NCBI GenBank assembly: GCA_964520655.1
Contig: CAZFNI010000001.1
Coordinates: 122,283-186,282, forward strand
Reading direction: 5' to 3'
Length of the DNA: 64,000 nucleotides
Origin: an uncultured Planctomycetales bacterium
GTDB taxonomy: Bacteria; Omnitrophota; Gorgyraeia; Zapsychrales; Fredricksoniimonadaceae
The notes under the pieces are model-generated. The model worked only from the letters and a program-made list of their open reading frames with translations. It searched no databases and was not told where the DNA came from. A program made the position numbers and the translations under genes. Shown here piece after piece: positions 32,201 through 41,545 of this stretch (the stretch's first letter is position 1; every line of letters starts with the position of its first letter).

Positions 32201-32681
32201 AGCTGGTCAGAAGGACTTGATCGTGATCGAACTGCACACGGTGCCTCCTGCGATAGCGGCTGTGAATATTGGCCGCACGCTGGATGTTCCTTATTTCTTG
32301 TCGCATGCCTTCTCAGATCAGCTCATCATTGAGTTCCCGGTTTATGATGCCAGGGTCAAGGAGGCTGGATTTGTCCGGCACCCGGATGCTTCGTTCCACA
32401 AACGGTTTCCTGAAGGGGATCTGACCACGGTATCGGTCGATTACTGGATGCTGCCGGACGTTGTTGTGCCTCCCGCCAAAGCAGGCGGGGAGAGTGATAT
32501 GGCCTCTGCGGCGGATGTCGGCGGTATCAACCTTGATCCTCGTTTGGGGCTGCTACGCATTGACACCGGCAAAGAACCTGTGACGCCAGGAGAAACACGG
32601 CCGCTGCCGATCTCTGATATGGATATCAAAGGTTTATACCCCGTACTGATCAAGATCATTCCTTTAAGAAATGAGCAATGA
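29238..32681 (+). CDS. exported paralog 1: shared ~330-aa N-terminal module (ends PRKYFSGG) fused to a C-terminal class I SAM-dependent O-methyltransferase-like domain
   Basis: Signal peptide MAFFTSVSLPVFA. N-module blocks LWVNLSPYE, GRDLLAQDYLLKQLTATL, NAFHKVWIV and LKVMLEEDYLA. MTase motif I FADTGSGDG, acidic MVGVD, FGDINEP (like GGDMF of OMTs) and LLVIHTRTFLDHNRPW (like ILHDW). Confidence 0.6.
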   Translation: MFQRLFHYFVTMAFFTSVSLPVFAQLPAINLPEPGAAVTVSAVYQPVLIKGVKVDSKHPLHLEFIVDPNGLSIQDKSLRAQTLRSVRYFLAALTVPNDQLWVNLSPYEKQRIIPDGLSATEMGRDLLAQDYLLKQLTATLLSPTASPGKEFWERVYRQGSHSKQGDPVRINAFHKVWIVPDLAEIREHNGVAVIAKSRLKVMLEEDYLAVKKNARTNVTEGKDRASTEFMRAVILPELEREVNEGANFSIVRQVNDALLLAAWFKQRVRQGVLASVYTDRNKIDGIDLQDKTAKEKIYTRYLKAFKKGVYNQIREDVDPLTHLKMPRKYFSGGYDGTHPLFVVQPASELSMIEAAGGARALLAPVDLMVMADRAQVSHVTAQERLQEIRHDGYAGFPVVVGDQDLPSGMTYALSFYDATAGEKNNPLRALIKAGKLRAGPDFKLLIDGVQDGDGILVSTDSEVEVDRVLVKILSGDQQAAAFDAWKKKARSAAIKPLAIHTSSMIARPTEVLYRYGILKLLMSKDTVSMKEIIDHVRSLVVDGTIIRNNTPNTQYIFAVLRAYASLGWLTFAGESASEEMVFSLTERGQQALTAAKSYAAVADAIPEFDKIVDHLFNRSSVLLLPAGAASLRSMALSSQQGWGLPDNMDEEVRHLVRGQLDGYLITNLALALHMEGVFRLINADLDLDMDAIVRSRKISGNTDELKAALDILANAGFLREYGAGRYHVTSEGVVAFDRVLSYGVPVSYRPSYDLAERFLFGDAKQIPRMDDEGHELLVYRYLNVLGSGASHATYFKQVDKMVVQMIQQRFNSGDIPEPEALTTLAPFVLSFADTGSGDGKFLAHIYHVIVKQTRYGELMRAYPHLYKIDMVGVDYNGKSREATSATLSAERIEHSVIFGDINEPADIVRDVNKELARKNQGSRLLVIHTRTFLDHNRPWTGIKNVEQAKARVSSSTGTYGWRGEAIPNNVVEQNLYEHFKSWADALSSAGQKDLIVIELHTVPPAIAAVNIGRTLDVPYFLSHAFSDQLIIEFPVYDARVKEAGFVRHPDASFHKRFPEGDLTTVSVDYWMLPDVVVPPAKAGGESDMASAADVGGINLDPRLGLLRIDTGKEPVTPGETRPLPISDMDIKGLYPVLIKIIPLRNEQ

Positions 32682-32687
32682 ACCGTG

Positions 32688-35600
32688 ATGGAAAACCATC
32701 GAAAATCTCTACATGTAATTTTATCTCTGGTCGTATTTATCAGCGGTTTTTTATCGTCTTTGCCTGAAAACTCTTGGGCAAAACATTCATCCGATCTCTC
32801 CATTAATCTGCCCCCTGCGGGAACAATGGTGACATTAAGCCCGCAATATGAGCCCATTACCATCAAGGGCCTGACAGTAGTCAAGAATGATCCTTTTCGC
32901 TTCGACTTTATTATGACTACAGGTGATGATAATAAATTACAAGGTGAAGCCCTGAAGCTGGAGGGAGAGAAACTGATCCGTTACTTTCTTGCCTCTTTAG
33001 CTGTTCCTGAGCAAGACCTGTGGGTTAATCTTTCGCCATATGAAGGCAGCAGGGTCGTTCCTCCTGCTCTTGGAGATACAGAGCTCGGCCGTGACATGCT
33101 CGCGCAGGATTACATTTTAAAACAATTGACCGCGTCGTTGATCTATCCGGAAAAAGAGTTGGGTAAGAAATTCTGGGACAAGGTGTATGCCCAAATGCAG
33201 GCTCAGTACGGCAAGACCGTCAATATTCCGGTCAATACGTTCAATAAAGTTTGGATCATGGCGGATCAAGCGGAAGTGTTTGAGAAGGATCAGACTGTGA
33301 TGGTGACCAAAAGCCGCTTGAAAGTCATGTTGGAGGAGGATTATTTGGCAGCGACTCGTCATGAAGCATCGGGTCCTGCCTGGGCAGCATCTGTTTCGTC
33401 CTCGCACCACCCATCCCCCGGTGGGGTAGCAAACCTAAAATCTACGTTTCCCCTGGTGCTGCGGTCAAAACAGAGTGTGACCTTTGGGAACACCCGGTAT
33501 GAGGGTGCTGCCCAGTCACCCGATGCCGGCAAGACGGATACTCAAGAAGTGATCCGGCAGATCATCCTGCCTGAGATTGAAAAAGAAGTCAACGAAGGCA
33601 AGAATTTTGCGTCATTGCGGCAGATCTTTAATGCGATCATTCTGGCAAAATGGTTTAAAGAGAATTTAAGAGATTCTATTATTAGTCAGATCTATGGGGA
33701 TAAAAGTAAGGTTAAAGGAATTGAAGTGCAAGACAAAGAGATTGCTCAAAAGATCTATGAGCAGTATGTGAGGGCGTATAAAAAAGGTGTCTTTAATTAC
33801 ATCAAGGTCGAAAAAGGGGATGAGCGTTTGTCATCTGTGCCAAGAAAGTATTTCTCTGGTGGTGTTGTGGGGCGCGTTACTATCACAAGGATTTCGGAAA
33901 TAGACGCAGGAACTGCAAGCAGTCTAAAAGACCATGCCATGGTGTTTTCAACTGTTTTGAATCTGGCCTCGGGGGTTAACCCGCCGGCATATAAGATTGT
34001 ACCGATGGTCTCAGATAAGGCAGATATGGCAGGTTTATGGAAAGATCTCAATGATCCTGCAAAAGTTCAGATAAGAATGGATCAGCACAGGATAAATTTT
34101 GTGACAAGGCACGGCACATTGTCTTTTGTAGGGGAGTATTTCAAAGACAAGCCCGATGCTTTACAGAAGATTCGTTATGCCAAACAGGTCTATTTAAGTG
34201 TGTTATCGTTTCGTGATATGTCAGAGATCGAAGCTGTAATACCGGCATTGAGCGTAATTGAAAAGAGGGCGGTATTATCATGGATCGACAGTAAATTCAC
34301 CTCCGCAGGAACGCCTGTCTCAGATAAATTAGGCAGGATCCGTGACATTATTTATGGAAATGAGGAGGATATGGCCATGACTGCCGGTGCGTTTATCACG
34401 GCATTTACAGGTAGGAATGGTTCAGGGGACAGGACCATCATGATCAATGTGTTAAATGAGCTATCAAAGCCGCCATTTGTCCGTGTTCCTAAGACAATAT
34501 TGGGGGAGTATGATATTTATCCTGTGAATGATTATGTTTTAATGAGGGTTAGTAAAGATGCGCAAAAGGGAAAAATGAATTGTGTTTTTGAGGTGGACCA
34601 AGGTGAGATCGGTAGTATTGAAATGGTTGTTGATCAGTCATGGTATGAGGCGCATTCTTTCGCGGATATGATCATGTTGATGAAAGAATTGGCGCAGCAT
34701 TATCTCAGTGATCTGGCCCTGGTGATGTCCGGTTATGTCGGTGTTCGTGCTGATGATATTAGGGTGGTGGGGAATGTTTATTTCTCAAATTTGCAGAATG
34801 ATTGGGACGATGGCGTAGAAATAATCAAGGATCTGCAAATGCTGGGATGGTTTATGGAACAAGGGGCCGTACCCAAATTTGCATTTGACCGGAGAAAAAC
34901 ACGTGTCGATATTGATTATGGAGAGGGTTTGCCTGTTCTTACTTTTGAGTCCAGGGAGGTTAATGGGAAAAAGGTTTTGGATAAGGTTATGTATAAAAAG
35001 GCGGGAGATGATGTCCCGGTGCTGATGGTTCTTGTTGGCCGGGATGGGGGCAAGCTGCCTTGGGTTAAAAAGAGCGTAATGAACGCCTTGGCAGAATTCA
35101 GGAGATCGCTCATTTTGTATATGCTCAAGAGATATCCAGAGCAGAGCCGCGTTATCCTGCACTTGATGTCGTCCAAAGATAGGGAGTCTTTGGAATCAAC
35201 CAACAGTCATTTATTAGGTGACTATGGCTATGCGCTGTACAAAGTTGAAGAGGATTATATGCGACTGCCTATAGCATCAACGATCACTGCGGGAACAGAA
35301 CATCATCCTCCTGCCAGAATATTAACTTTTCCTGGGGTATATTCTCCTGATTATGTAAGAGCCGGTTTGGAAGTAGCGTCTTATTTAGCTCACCCCAATG
35401 CTATAAGATATTCAAAGACGGATCCAGAGTTTATTTATCCTCCTGCCGGTTTGAGCTTGTATGCGGGGTATTTTTCAAGAATAAGCAAGGCGCAGAAGAT
35501 TATTCTAGAGGAGATCGAGAGAGCCTTTAGACAGGAGGGGCTTGTGCTGTATTCAAGGCCGATCGACCATTTTGGCCTTGAGCGGGAACGCAGAGAGGGG

Positions 35601-36263
35601 CTGCATATTGGTGAAGGGGGGGTGAATATATATTTTACGGCTGATCAGGAAAATGTTGCTTATCTTGATCCGCTGCGTCATCAGATCATTAGATCATTAT
35701 GGTTAGCCTTATATGGATTAGATCGAGATGAACAAAGGCTGCAGCAGCAAGAACATGATCGGAAAATGGCTGCTTTTATCAAGTCGTTGTTTAACGAGGG
35801 TGAAACAAATGCCTATCTTTTTCAACCTGTTAATGAAGAAGGCTATATTATTCTAATGAAAGAAGGACGAGAGATCGGACAGGTTGCTATTTTACCGTCA
35901 GGACAGGGAGGTATTCAGGTTGTTATTCAAAGATTTATTCCAACAATGGAGATATTTCAGTATGTTTTGCCGCAAAAGGACATTCAAGGACTGACATGGT
36001 CGGATATTTTGATCGATGTGCTCGATATTCTGGAACAAAACGAGCGAGGCGATCGGGACCAAGGAATGCTGTCGAATACTGGGGGTATTGATCTGAGAGC
36101 TCAAAATGCACCTCTTTCTGTTATTACTCAAGGTGCAGGAGCCGTGATGCGGATCGATCGGTCTATTATTGATCAGATCGAAAGACAAGGCATAGAAGGT
36201 CTTATTCCTGTGGTTCTTAAGATATCCCCATTAGAAAGTACGCGTATTCTCTTTAAACAGTAA
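32688..36263 (+). CDS. exported paralog 2: same N-terminal module (with a ~55-aa low-complexity insertion) fused to an unassigned ~800-aa C-terminal region
   Basis: Signal peptide ending in SWA. Blocks LWVNLSPYEGSRVVPPALGDTELGRDMLAQDYILKQLTASLIYPEKELGKKFWDKVYA, VNTFNKVWIMAD and PRKYFSGG. The start follows the paralog-1 stop by 6 nt (GTG 32685 / ATG 32688). Confidence 0.6.
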   Translation: MENHRKSLHVILSLVVFISGFLSSLPENSWAKHSSDLSINLPPAGTMVTLSPQYEPITIKGLTVVKNDPFRFDFIMTTGDDNKLQGEALKLEGEKLIRYFLASLAVPEQDLWVNLSPYEGSRVVPPALGDTELGRDMLAQDYILKQLTASLIYPEKELGKKFWDKVYAQMQAQYGKTVNIPVNTFNKVWIMADQAEVFEKDQTVMVTKSRLKVMLEEDYLAATRHEASGPAWAASVSSSHHPSPGGVANLKSTFPLVLRSKQSVTFGNTRYEGAAQSPDAGKTDTQEVIRQIILPEIEKEVNEGKNFASLRQIFNAIILAKWFKENLRDSIISQIYGDKSKVKGIEVQDKEIAQKIYEQYVRAYKKGVFNYIKVEKGDERLSSVPRKYFSGGVVGRVTITRISEIDAGTASSLKDHAMVFSTVLNLASGVNPPAYKIVPMVSDKADMAGLWKDLNDPAKVQIRMDQHRINFVTRHGTLSFVGEYFKDKPDALQKIRYAKQVYLSVLSFRDMSEIEAVIPALSVIEKRAVLSWIDSKFTSAGTPVSDKLGRIRDIIYGNEEDMAMTAGAFITAFTGRNGSGDRTIMINVLNELSKPPFVRVPKTILGEYDIYPVNDYVLMRVSKDAQKGKMNCVFEVDQGEIGSIEMVVDQSWYEAHSFADMIMLMKELAQHYLSDLALVMSGYVGVRADDIRVVGNVYFSNLQNDWDDGVEIIKDLQMLGWFMEQGAVPKFAFDRRKTRVDIDYGEGLPVLTFESREVNGKKVLDKVMYKKAGDDVPVLMVLVGRDGGKLPWVKKSVMNALAEFRRSLILYMLKRYPEQSRVILHLMSSKDRESLESTNSHLLGDYGYALYKVEEDYMRLPIASTITAGTEHHPPARILTFPGVYSPDYVRAGLEVASYLAHPNAIRYSKTDPEFIYPPAGLSLYAGYFSRISKAQKIILEEIERAFRQEGLVLYSRPIDHFGLERERREGLHIGEGGVNIYFTADQENVAYLDPLRHQIIRSLWLALYGLDRDEQRLQQQEHDRKMAAFIKSLFNEGETNAYLFQPVNEEGYIILMKEGREIGQVAILPSGQGGIQVVIQRFIPTMEIFQYVLPQKDIQGLTWSDILIDVLDILEQNERGDRDQGMLSNTGGIDLRAQNAPLSVITQGAGAVMRIDRSIIDQIERQGIEGLIPVVLKISPLESTRILFKQ

Positions 36264-36359
36264 AATCTTTTCACAAATCCGCATTGAAGAGATAGAATGC
36301 CTCAGTTAAGATAATTATCTACGTAATTTCCCTTGGATCGTTAATGACGGAGGCTGACA

Positions 36360-36800
36360 ATGTCTAATGTTCGAGAAATACTCAAAACAAAAGGAACGGC
36401 TGTTTGGTCTGTTGATCCGGCAGCTAAGGTTGGTGATACGATCAAGATGATGGCAGAGAAGAATGTTGGGGCTGTACTGGTTCTAGACGGGAAAAAGATC
36501 ATGGGTATATTTTCCGAGCGTGATTTTATCCGTAATGCGGCTAAAACGAATCTTTGTACCACTCAGGAAGCGCTGGTAAAGGATATGATGACCAGTCGTA
36601 TTTTGTTTGTTGGGCCTTCCCAAACCACGGAGGAGTGTATGTCCCTCATGACGGCCAAACGCATCCGCCATCTTCCGGTGATCGAAAATGAAGAGCTGGT
36701 GGGTTTGATCAGCATTGGGGATGTTGTCAACAAGATCATCCAGGATCAGAAATTTTCGATCACCCAGCTGGAACGCTACGTAACAGGCGGGGCTTATTAG
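36360..36800 (+). CDS. CBS-pair domain protein
   Basis: Two CBS motifs (VGAVLVLDGKKIMGIFSERD and HLPVIENEELVGLISIGDV). Confidence 0.75.
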   Translation: MSNVREILKTKGTAVWSVDPAAKVGDTIKMMAEKNVGAVLVLDGKKIMGIFSERDFIRNAAKTNLCTTQEALVKDMMTSRILFVGPSQTTEECMSLMTAKRIRHLPVIENEELVGLISIGDVVNKIIQDQKFSITQLERYVTGGAY

Positions 36801-36929
36801 ATTTTCTTATCGGTCAGTGATTTTGTAAAAATGTGTTGTTGCTCTGCCATTATAGGAATAAGATACAAACTTCCCTGTTAAAGTTGTTTTGCGCCTTTAG
36901 TTTTTTGGCGCACTCCCAAAGGAGTAGAT

Positions 36930-39407
36930 ATGTCGTCTAAATCTGAGCCCAGATCAGGTTGGTCATTCTTAAATAAAGCCATGACCAAAGACGCATTGAA
37001 AGAATCATTCCAAGTTAATCGTCAATACACGCTTTCCAAAGACCAATATACCGCAACGATGTATGATAATTATCTCGCATTGTCGCTGGCTGTCCGTGAC
37101 CGTATTGTGGAGCGGTGGATCAAGACCCAACAGAATTATCACAAAAGCAATGCCCGTCGTGTGTATTATTTATCGATGGAGTTTTTGATCGGAAGGCTGT
37201 TGGGCAATAATATCTATAACCTTGGGATAGAGAAACCGGTCTTTGATTCTTTGGAAGAATTAGGCTTGGATGCGGATGATATCCGCGAGCAGGAAGTAGA
37301 TGCGGGTTTAGGCAACGGTGGTTTGGGGCGTTTAGCAGCGTGCTTTTTGGATTCCATGGCAACGCTTGGCATCCCATCTCACGGGTATGGCATCCGGTAT
37401 GATTACGGGATATTCAATCAGAAGATCAAAGATGGTTTTCAAGTGGAGTTGCCGGATGAATGGCTGCGATTAGGAAGTCCCTGGGAGTTCGCCCGTCCGG
37501 AGAATACAGTCAAAGTGTCTTTTTACGGCAGAGTCCATATGGAGCCGGATGCTAATGATAAATTAAAGGTGCGCTTGATCAATACACAGGATATTATGGC
37601 TGTTCCTTATGATATTCCTGTTCCCGGCTACAAGAACGATGTTGTCAACACCTTGAGGCTTTGGTCGGCGCGCAGTTCCCAGGATTTCGATTTTGAATAT
37701 TTCAAGTCGGGGGATTATGAGCAGGCCGTATACAAAAAGATCTTGTCGGAGAATATCTCCAAGGTCTTGTATCCTGCGGATGATATCTTAAGGGGAAGGG
37801 AGTTGCGCTTAAAGCAGGAATATTTTTTTACAGCTGCTTCAGTCGCAGATATTCTCAGGCGTTTTAAAGTGGAGAACCACAACATTGCCGATCTCCCTAA
37901 GAAAGTAGTTATCCAGTTAAATGATACGCATCCAACATTAGCCATCGTTGAATTGATGCGGCTGCTGTTAGACGAACATGGCATGGATTGGGAGGCTGCC
38001 TGGGATATTACGACCCAGGTGTTTGCGTACACGAACCATACTTTGATGCCGGAAGCGTTGGAATGCTGGCCGGTGGATATGTTTGAGACATTGTTGCCGC
38101 GTCACATGCAGATCATTTACGAGATCAATGCACGTTTCCTGCGTCAGGTAGCTCAGCAGCATTTGGGGGACGATCAGCTGCTGGGGCGGATATCCATCAT
38201 CGAAGAGGGGAATCCTAAAAAGATCCGGATGGCGTATTTGGCCATTGTCGGCAGTTTTTCTGTTAACGGGGTCTCAGCGCTGCATTCGGATCTGCTGAAA
38301 GAAAAATTGTTCAAGGATTTTTACACCTTGACCCCGGAAAAATTCAATAATAAGACTAATGGGATCACCCAGAGGCGCTGGTTGCTTAAAGCCAATCCTC
38401 GTCTATCATCCCTGCTGGTGGACACGATCGGGGATGAGTGGGTCAAGGATCTGACCCAATTGCAAGCCATTGAACAATTGGCCAAGAACAAAGATTTCGG
38501 GATCAAATGGTTTGAGGTAAAAAAGCAAAATAAAGAAACGCTCATCCGTTATATCCAGTCCTCCATGAATATCACGCTTGACCCCAATTCGATCTTTGAC
38601 GTTCAGATCAAGCGCATCCATGAGTATAAGCGCCAGATCTTGTTTGCCTTGTACATCATTTCTCAATATCTGCGTATCAAGAATGATCCGGCCAAGTTCA
38701 TTTATCCGCGCACCTTCTTGATCGGTGGGAAGGCGGCGCCGTCGTATCATATGGCCAAGTTGACCATCAAGTTTATCAACAGCATCGCAGATATCATCAA
38801 TCATGATAAGACGGTGAAAGACAAGATCCGACTGGTCTTTTTAGAGAATTATCGGGTTTCTTTGGCGGAGAAAGTCTTTCCAGCCAGCGACCTCTCTGAA
38901 CAGATATCGACGGCATCAACGGAAGCGTCAGGGACCGGGAACATGAAGTTCATGCTTAACGGTGCGTTAACGATCGGCACATATGACGGGGCTAATATTG
39001 AAATGGCGCAGAAAGCCGGTGAAGATAATATTTTCATCTTTGGTTTAAGAGCACATGAAGTGGCGGCGGTAAAACAAAAAGGATATGATCCCAAAGCCTA
39101 TATTGAAAGTTCGCCGGTGTTAAAAGAGATCTTCTGGTTGATCCAGGGAGGATTCTTCAGTCCCCATAAGCCTGATCTTTTTGCACCGATCGTTCATGCG
39201 TTGACAACGTATGATCCATATCTTGTATGTGCGGATTTTGATAGTTATTGTCTTATGCAGGACCAGGTATCAAGAACATATCTTGATAGGAATTTATGGG
39301 TTTCTAAATCCATCATCAATGTGGCGCGCAGCGGTTTTTTCTCCAGTGACCGCACGATCCGTGAGTATGCCAGTGATATTTGGAAGATAGGACCGAGGCA
39401 GGAGTAA
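36930..39407 (+). CDS. glgP: glycogen / alpha-glucan phosphorylase
   Basis: PLP-site signature EASGTGNMKFMLNGALTIGTYDGANIE. 825 aa. Confidence 0.9.
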   Translation: MSSKSEPRSGWSFLNKAMTKDALKESFQVNRQYTLSKDQYTATMYDNYLALSLAVRDRIVERWIKTQQNYHKSNARRVYYLSMEFLIGRLLGNNIYNLGIEKPVFDSLEELGLDADDIREQEVDAGLGNGGLGRLAACFLDSMATLGIPSHGYGIRYDYGIFNQKIKDGFQVELPDEWLRLGSPWEFARPENTVKVSFYGRVHMEPDANDKLKVRLINTQDIMAVPYDIPVPGYKNDVVNTLRLWSARSSQDFDFEYFKSGDYEQAVYKKILSENISKVLYPADDILRGRELRLKQEYFFTAASVADILRRFKVENHNIADLPKKVVIQLNDTHPTLAIVELMRLLLDEHGMDWEAAWDITTQVFAYTNHTLMPEALECWPVDMFETLLPRHMQIIYEINARFLRQVAQQHLGDDQLLGRISIIEEGNPKKIRMAYLAIVGSFSVNGVSALHSDLLKEKLFKDFYTLTPEKFNNKTNGITQRRWLLKANPRLSSLLVDTIGDEWVKDLTQLQAIEQLAKNKDFGIKWFEVKKQNKETLIRYIQSSMNITLDPNSIFDVQIKRIHEYKRQILFALYIISQYLRIKNDPAKFIYPRTFLIGGKAAPSYHMAKLTIKFINSIADIINHDKTVKDKIRLVFLENYRVSLAEKVFPASDLSEQISTASTEASGTGNMKFMLNGALTIGTYDGANIEMAQKAGEDNIFIFGLRAHEVAAVKQKGYDPKAYIESSPVLKEIFWLIQGGFFSPHKPDLFAPIVHALTTYDPYLVCADFDSYCLMQDQVSRTYLDRNLWVSKSIINVARSGFFSSDRTIREYASDIWKIGPRQE

Positions 39408-39427
39408 AACTAGAACAGGAGTGAGGT

Positions 39428-41488
39428 ATGAAGGACATTAGTAGTATTTTTACGCCTAAACGTATCGCGGTCGTGGGAGCGTCCGTCGATGAAAAAAAGA
39501 TCGGACATCAAATTTTTAAGAATATCATTGAGGGTGGGTATACGGGGGAATTGATCCCGATCAATCCCACGGCTCCTGAAGTCTTGGGGAGGAAGGCTTA
39601 CCCGTCATTAGCTGCCGTTGCGCCGGGCGTTGATCTAGTCATCATTGCCATTCCCGCGCCGCATGTTATCAAGGCCATGGAAGAATGCGCGCAATATAAA
39701 GCCAAAGCCGTGGCGATCATCACTTCTGGTTTTGGGGAAGTTGGCAAGATCGCAGAGGAACAGCGTTTAAGGAAGATCGCTGACGATAACAATATCGCTT
39801 TGCTGGGACCGAATATTTTTGGGCTGGCCTACGGGCCTTCAAAGCTCAATGCCAGTTTTGGTCCTCCCGAATTGTATCCAGGACATATTGCTTTTATTAC
39901 CCAGAGCGGGGCCTTGGGGATAGGGCTGATGGGTTGGACGGTCATGAAGAAACTCGGATTGGGGGCGCTGGTCAATGTCGGCAATAAGGCTGATATCGAT
40001 GAAAAAGATCTGATCTCCTATTTTAATGAGGATCCTAATATTAAAGTCATTCTGATCTATATGGAAGGGATCAAGGATGGATTGAAGTTTTTGACCACCA
40101 AGATCAAGAAGCCGACGGTTGTCTTGAAAGTTGGCCGTTCTTCCAGAGGAGCAAAAGCCGCCGCATCTCATACTGGTTCTCTGTCAGGTTCAGATGCGAT
40201 TTATGACGGCGTTTTTAAGCAGTTGGGTGTTTTGCGGGCGGCCACCTTCACGGAAGCGTTCAGCTGGGCACGCGCATTATCGCAACCATTACCGACGGGC
40301 GATGATACGGTCATCATCACCAACGGCGGCGGTATTGGGGTCGCGACCACCGATGAATGCGAAACCCATAACATTAAGATCTTGGATGATCCTCAATGGC
40401 TGGAAGAAAAATTTCGTAGTACCATGCCGGATTATGGAAGCACGAAGAATCCGATCGATGTGACTGGTGGAGCGGGTGTTGAGGGGTATCGCAAAGCCAT
40501 GAAGATCGCTTTTGCGGAAGATCGCATCAAAGCGGTGATCGTGCTGTATTGTGAAACGGCTGTGACGGATCCCATGGAGATCGCGAAAGCTCTCCATGAG
40601 ACATTCGTGGAGGCCGGCTGCAATAAACCAGTTGTCATGTCGATGGTTGGCGGCGAACGCACCCGCGACGCGCTGGTCTACCTGAATAAGCATAATATAC
40701 CAGCATCAAGTCTCGTTGATGTGTCTGTATCCGCGCTAAAGATCATCTATACCTGGAGAGATATCAAGAATCGCGCTGTTTCCAATGCCGCGATCGAGCC
40801 GGCGCCTCAAGAGGTCCATGCGATCTTAAATGGGGTTAAAGCGCAGGGCAGAGATATTTTAATGGAGCACGAAGCACGTCAGGTCATGGAACTGTGCGGC
40901 GTTCCGACACCGCCCTGGGGTTTTGCCAAAAGTGCGGATGAAGCGGTGCGTTTGGCGGATTCCAAGAAACTTTATCCGCTGGCGATGAAGATCGCTTCAC
41001 CCGATATTGTTCATAAGACTGATGTGGGGGGAGTCGTCTTGAATATCCGTGATGCAGCGGGACTGCGCGAACAGTATGAGAATATGATGTCGCGCATCAA
41101 AAAAGCGGCGCCTTCAGCGAATTTGCTTGGCGTCAATTTGATCAAAATGGTCAGTGGTATTGAGTGTATTGTTGGGATGACAACGGATCCTCAGTTCGGA
41201 CCGGCGGTCATGTTCGGTTTGGGCGGTGTGTTCGTTGAAGCCTTAAAAGATGTGTCGTTTAGGGTGGCGCCTTTTGATGCGGCCGAAGCGGAACGCATGA
41301 TGGGTGACATCAAGTCCAAAAAGATCCTGGAAGGTTTCCGCGGGATGAAAGCCGATAAACCGTCGATCATCAAGACGCTGGTGGCAGTTCAGAAACTGGC
41401 ACCGCTTGTCAAAGAGATCGACATCAATCCATTGTTGACCAATCAAGACGGGTCCTATGCGGTTGATGCGAGGATCGTGTTGAAATAA
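39428..41488 (+). CDS. acetate-CoA ligase (ADP-forming), fused alpha/beta (CoA-binding + ATP-grasp)
   Basis: N-terminal CoA-binding domain (IAVVGASVDEKKIG). C-terminal ATP-grasp. 686 aa. Confidence 0.8.
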   Translation: MKDISSIFTPKRIAVVGASVDEKKIGHQIFKNIIEGGYTGELIPINPTAPEVLGRKAYPSLAAVAPGVDLVIIAIPAPHVIKAMEECAQYKAKAVAIITSGFGEVGKIAEEQRLRKIADDNNIALLGPNIFGLAYGPSKLNASFGPPELYPGHIAFITQSGALGIGLMGWTVMKKLGLGALVNVGNKADIDEKDLISYFNEDPNIKVILIYMEGIKDGLKFLTTKIKKPTVVLKVGRSSRGAKAAASHTGSLSGSDAIYDGVFKQLGVLRAATFTEAFSWARALSQPLPTGDDTVIITNGGGIGVATTDECETHNIKILDDPQWLEEKFRSTMPDYGSTKNPIDVTGGAGVEGYRKAMKIAFAEDRIKAVIVLYCETAVTDPMEIAKALHETFVEAGCNKPVVMSMVGGERTRDALVYLNKHNIPASSLVDVSVSALKIIYTWRDIKNRAVSNAAIEPAPQEVHAILNGVKAQGRDILMEHEARQVMELCGVPTPPWGFAKSADEAVRLADSKKLYPLAMKIASPDIVHKTDVGGVVLNIRDAAGLREQYENMMSRIKKAAPSANLLGVNLIKMVSGIECIVGMTTDPQFGPAVMFGLGGVFVEALKDVSFRVAPFDAAEAERMMGDIKSKKILEGFRGMKADKPSIIKTLVAVQKLAPLVKEIDINPLLTNQDGSYAVDARIVLK

Positions 41489-41513
41489 TATCTTAAATTG
41501 TCAGGTGTTCTTA

Positions 41514-41545
41514 AAAACCCTCCTTTTTAAAAAGGAGGGTTTTTA
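41514..41545. terminator. bidirectional Rho-independent terminator between convergent genes
   Basis: Perfect palindrome AAAAACCCTCCTTTTTAAAAAGGAGGGTTTTT. Confidence 0.7.

Noticed and set aside
36860-36915. Hairpin TGCGCC-N11-GGCGCA upstream of glgP
   Set aside because: It is not followed by a T-tract and lies in a 5' UTR. It could be an attenuator, but there is no supporting evidence.
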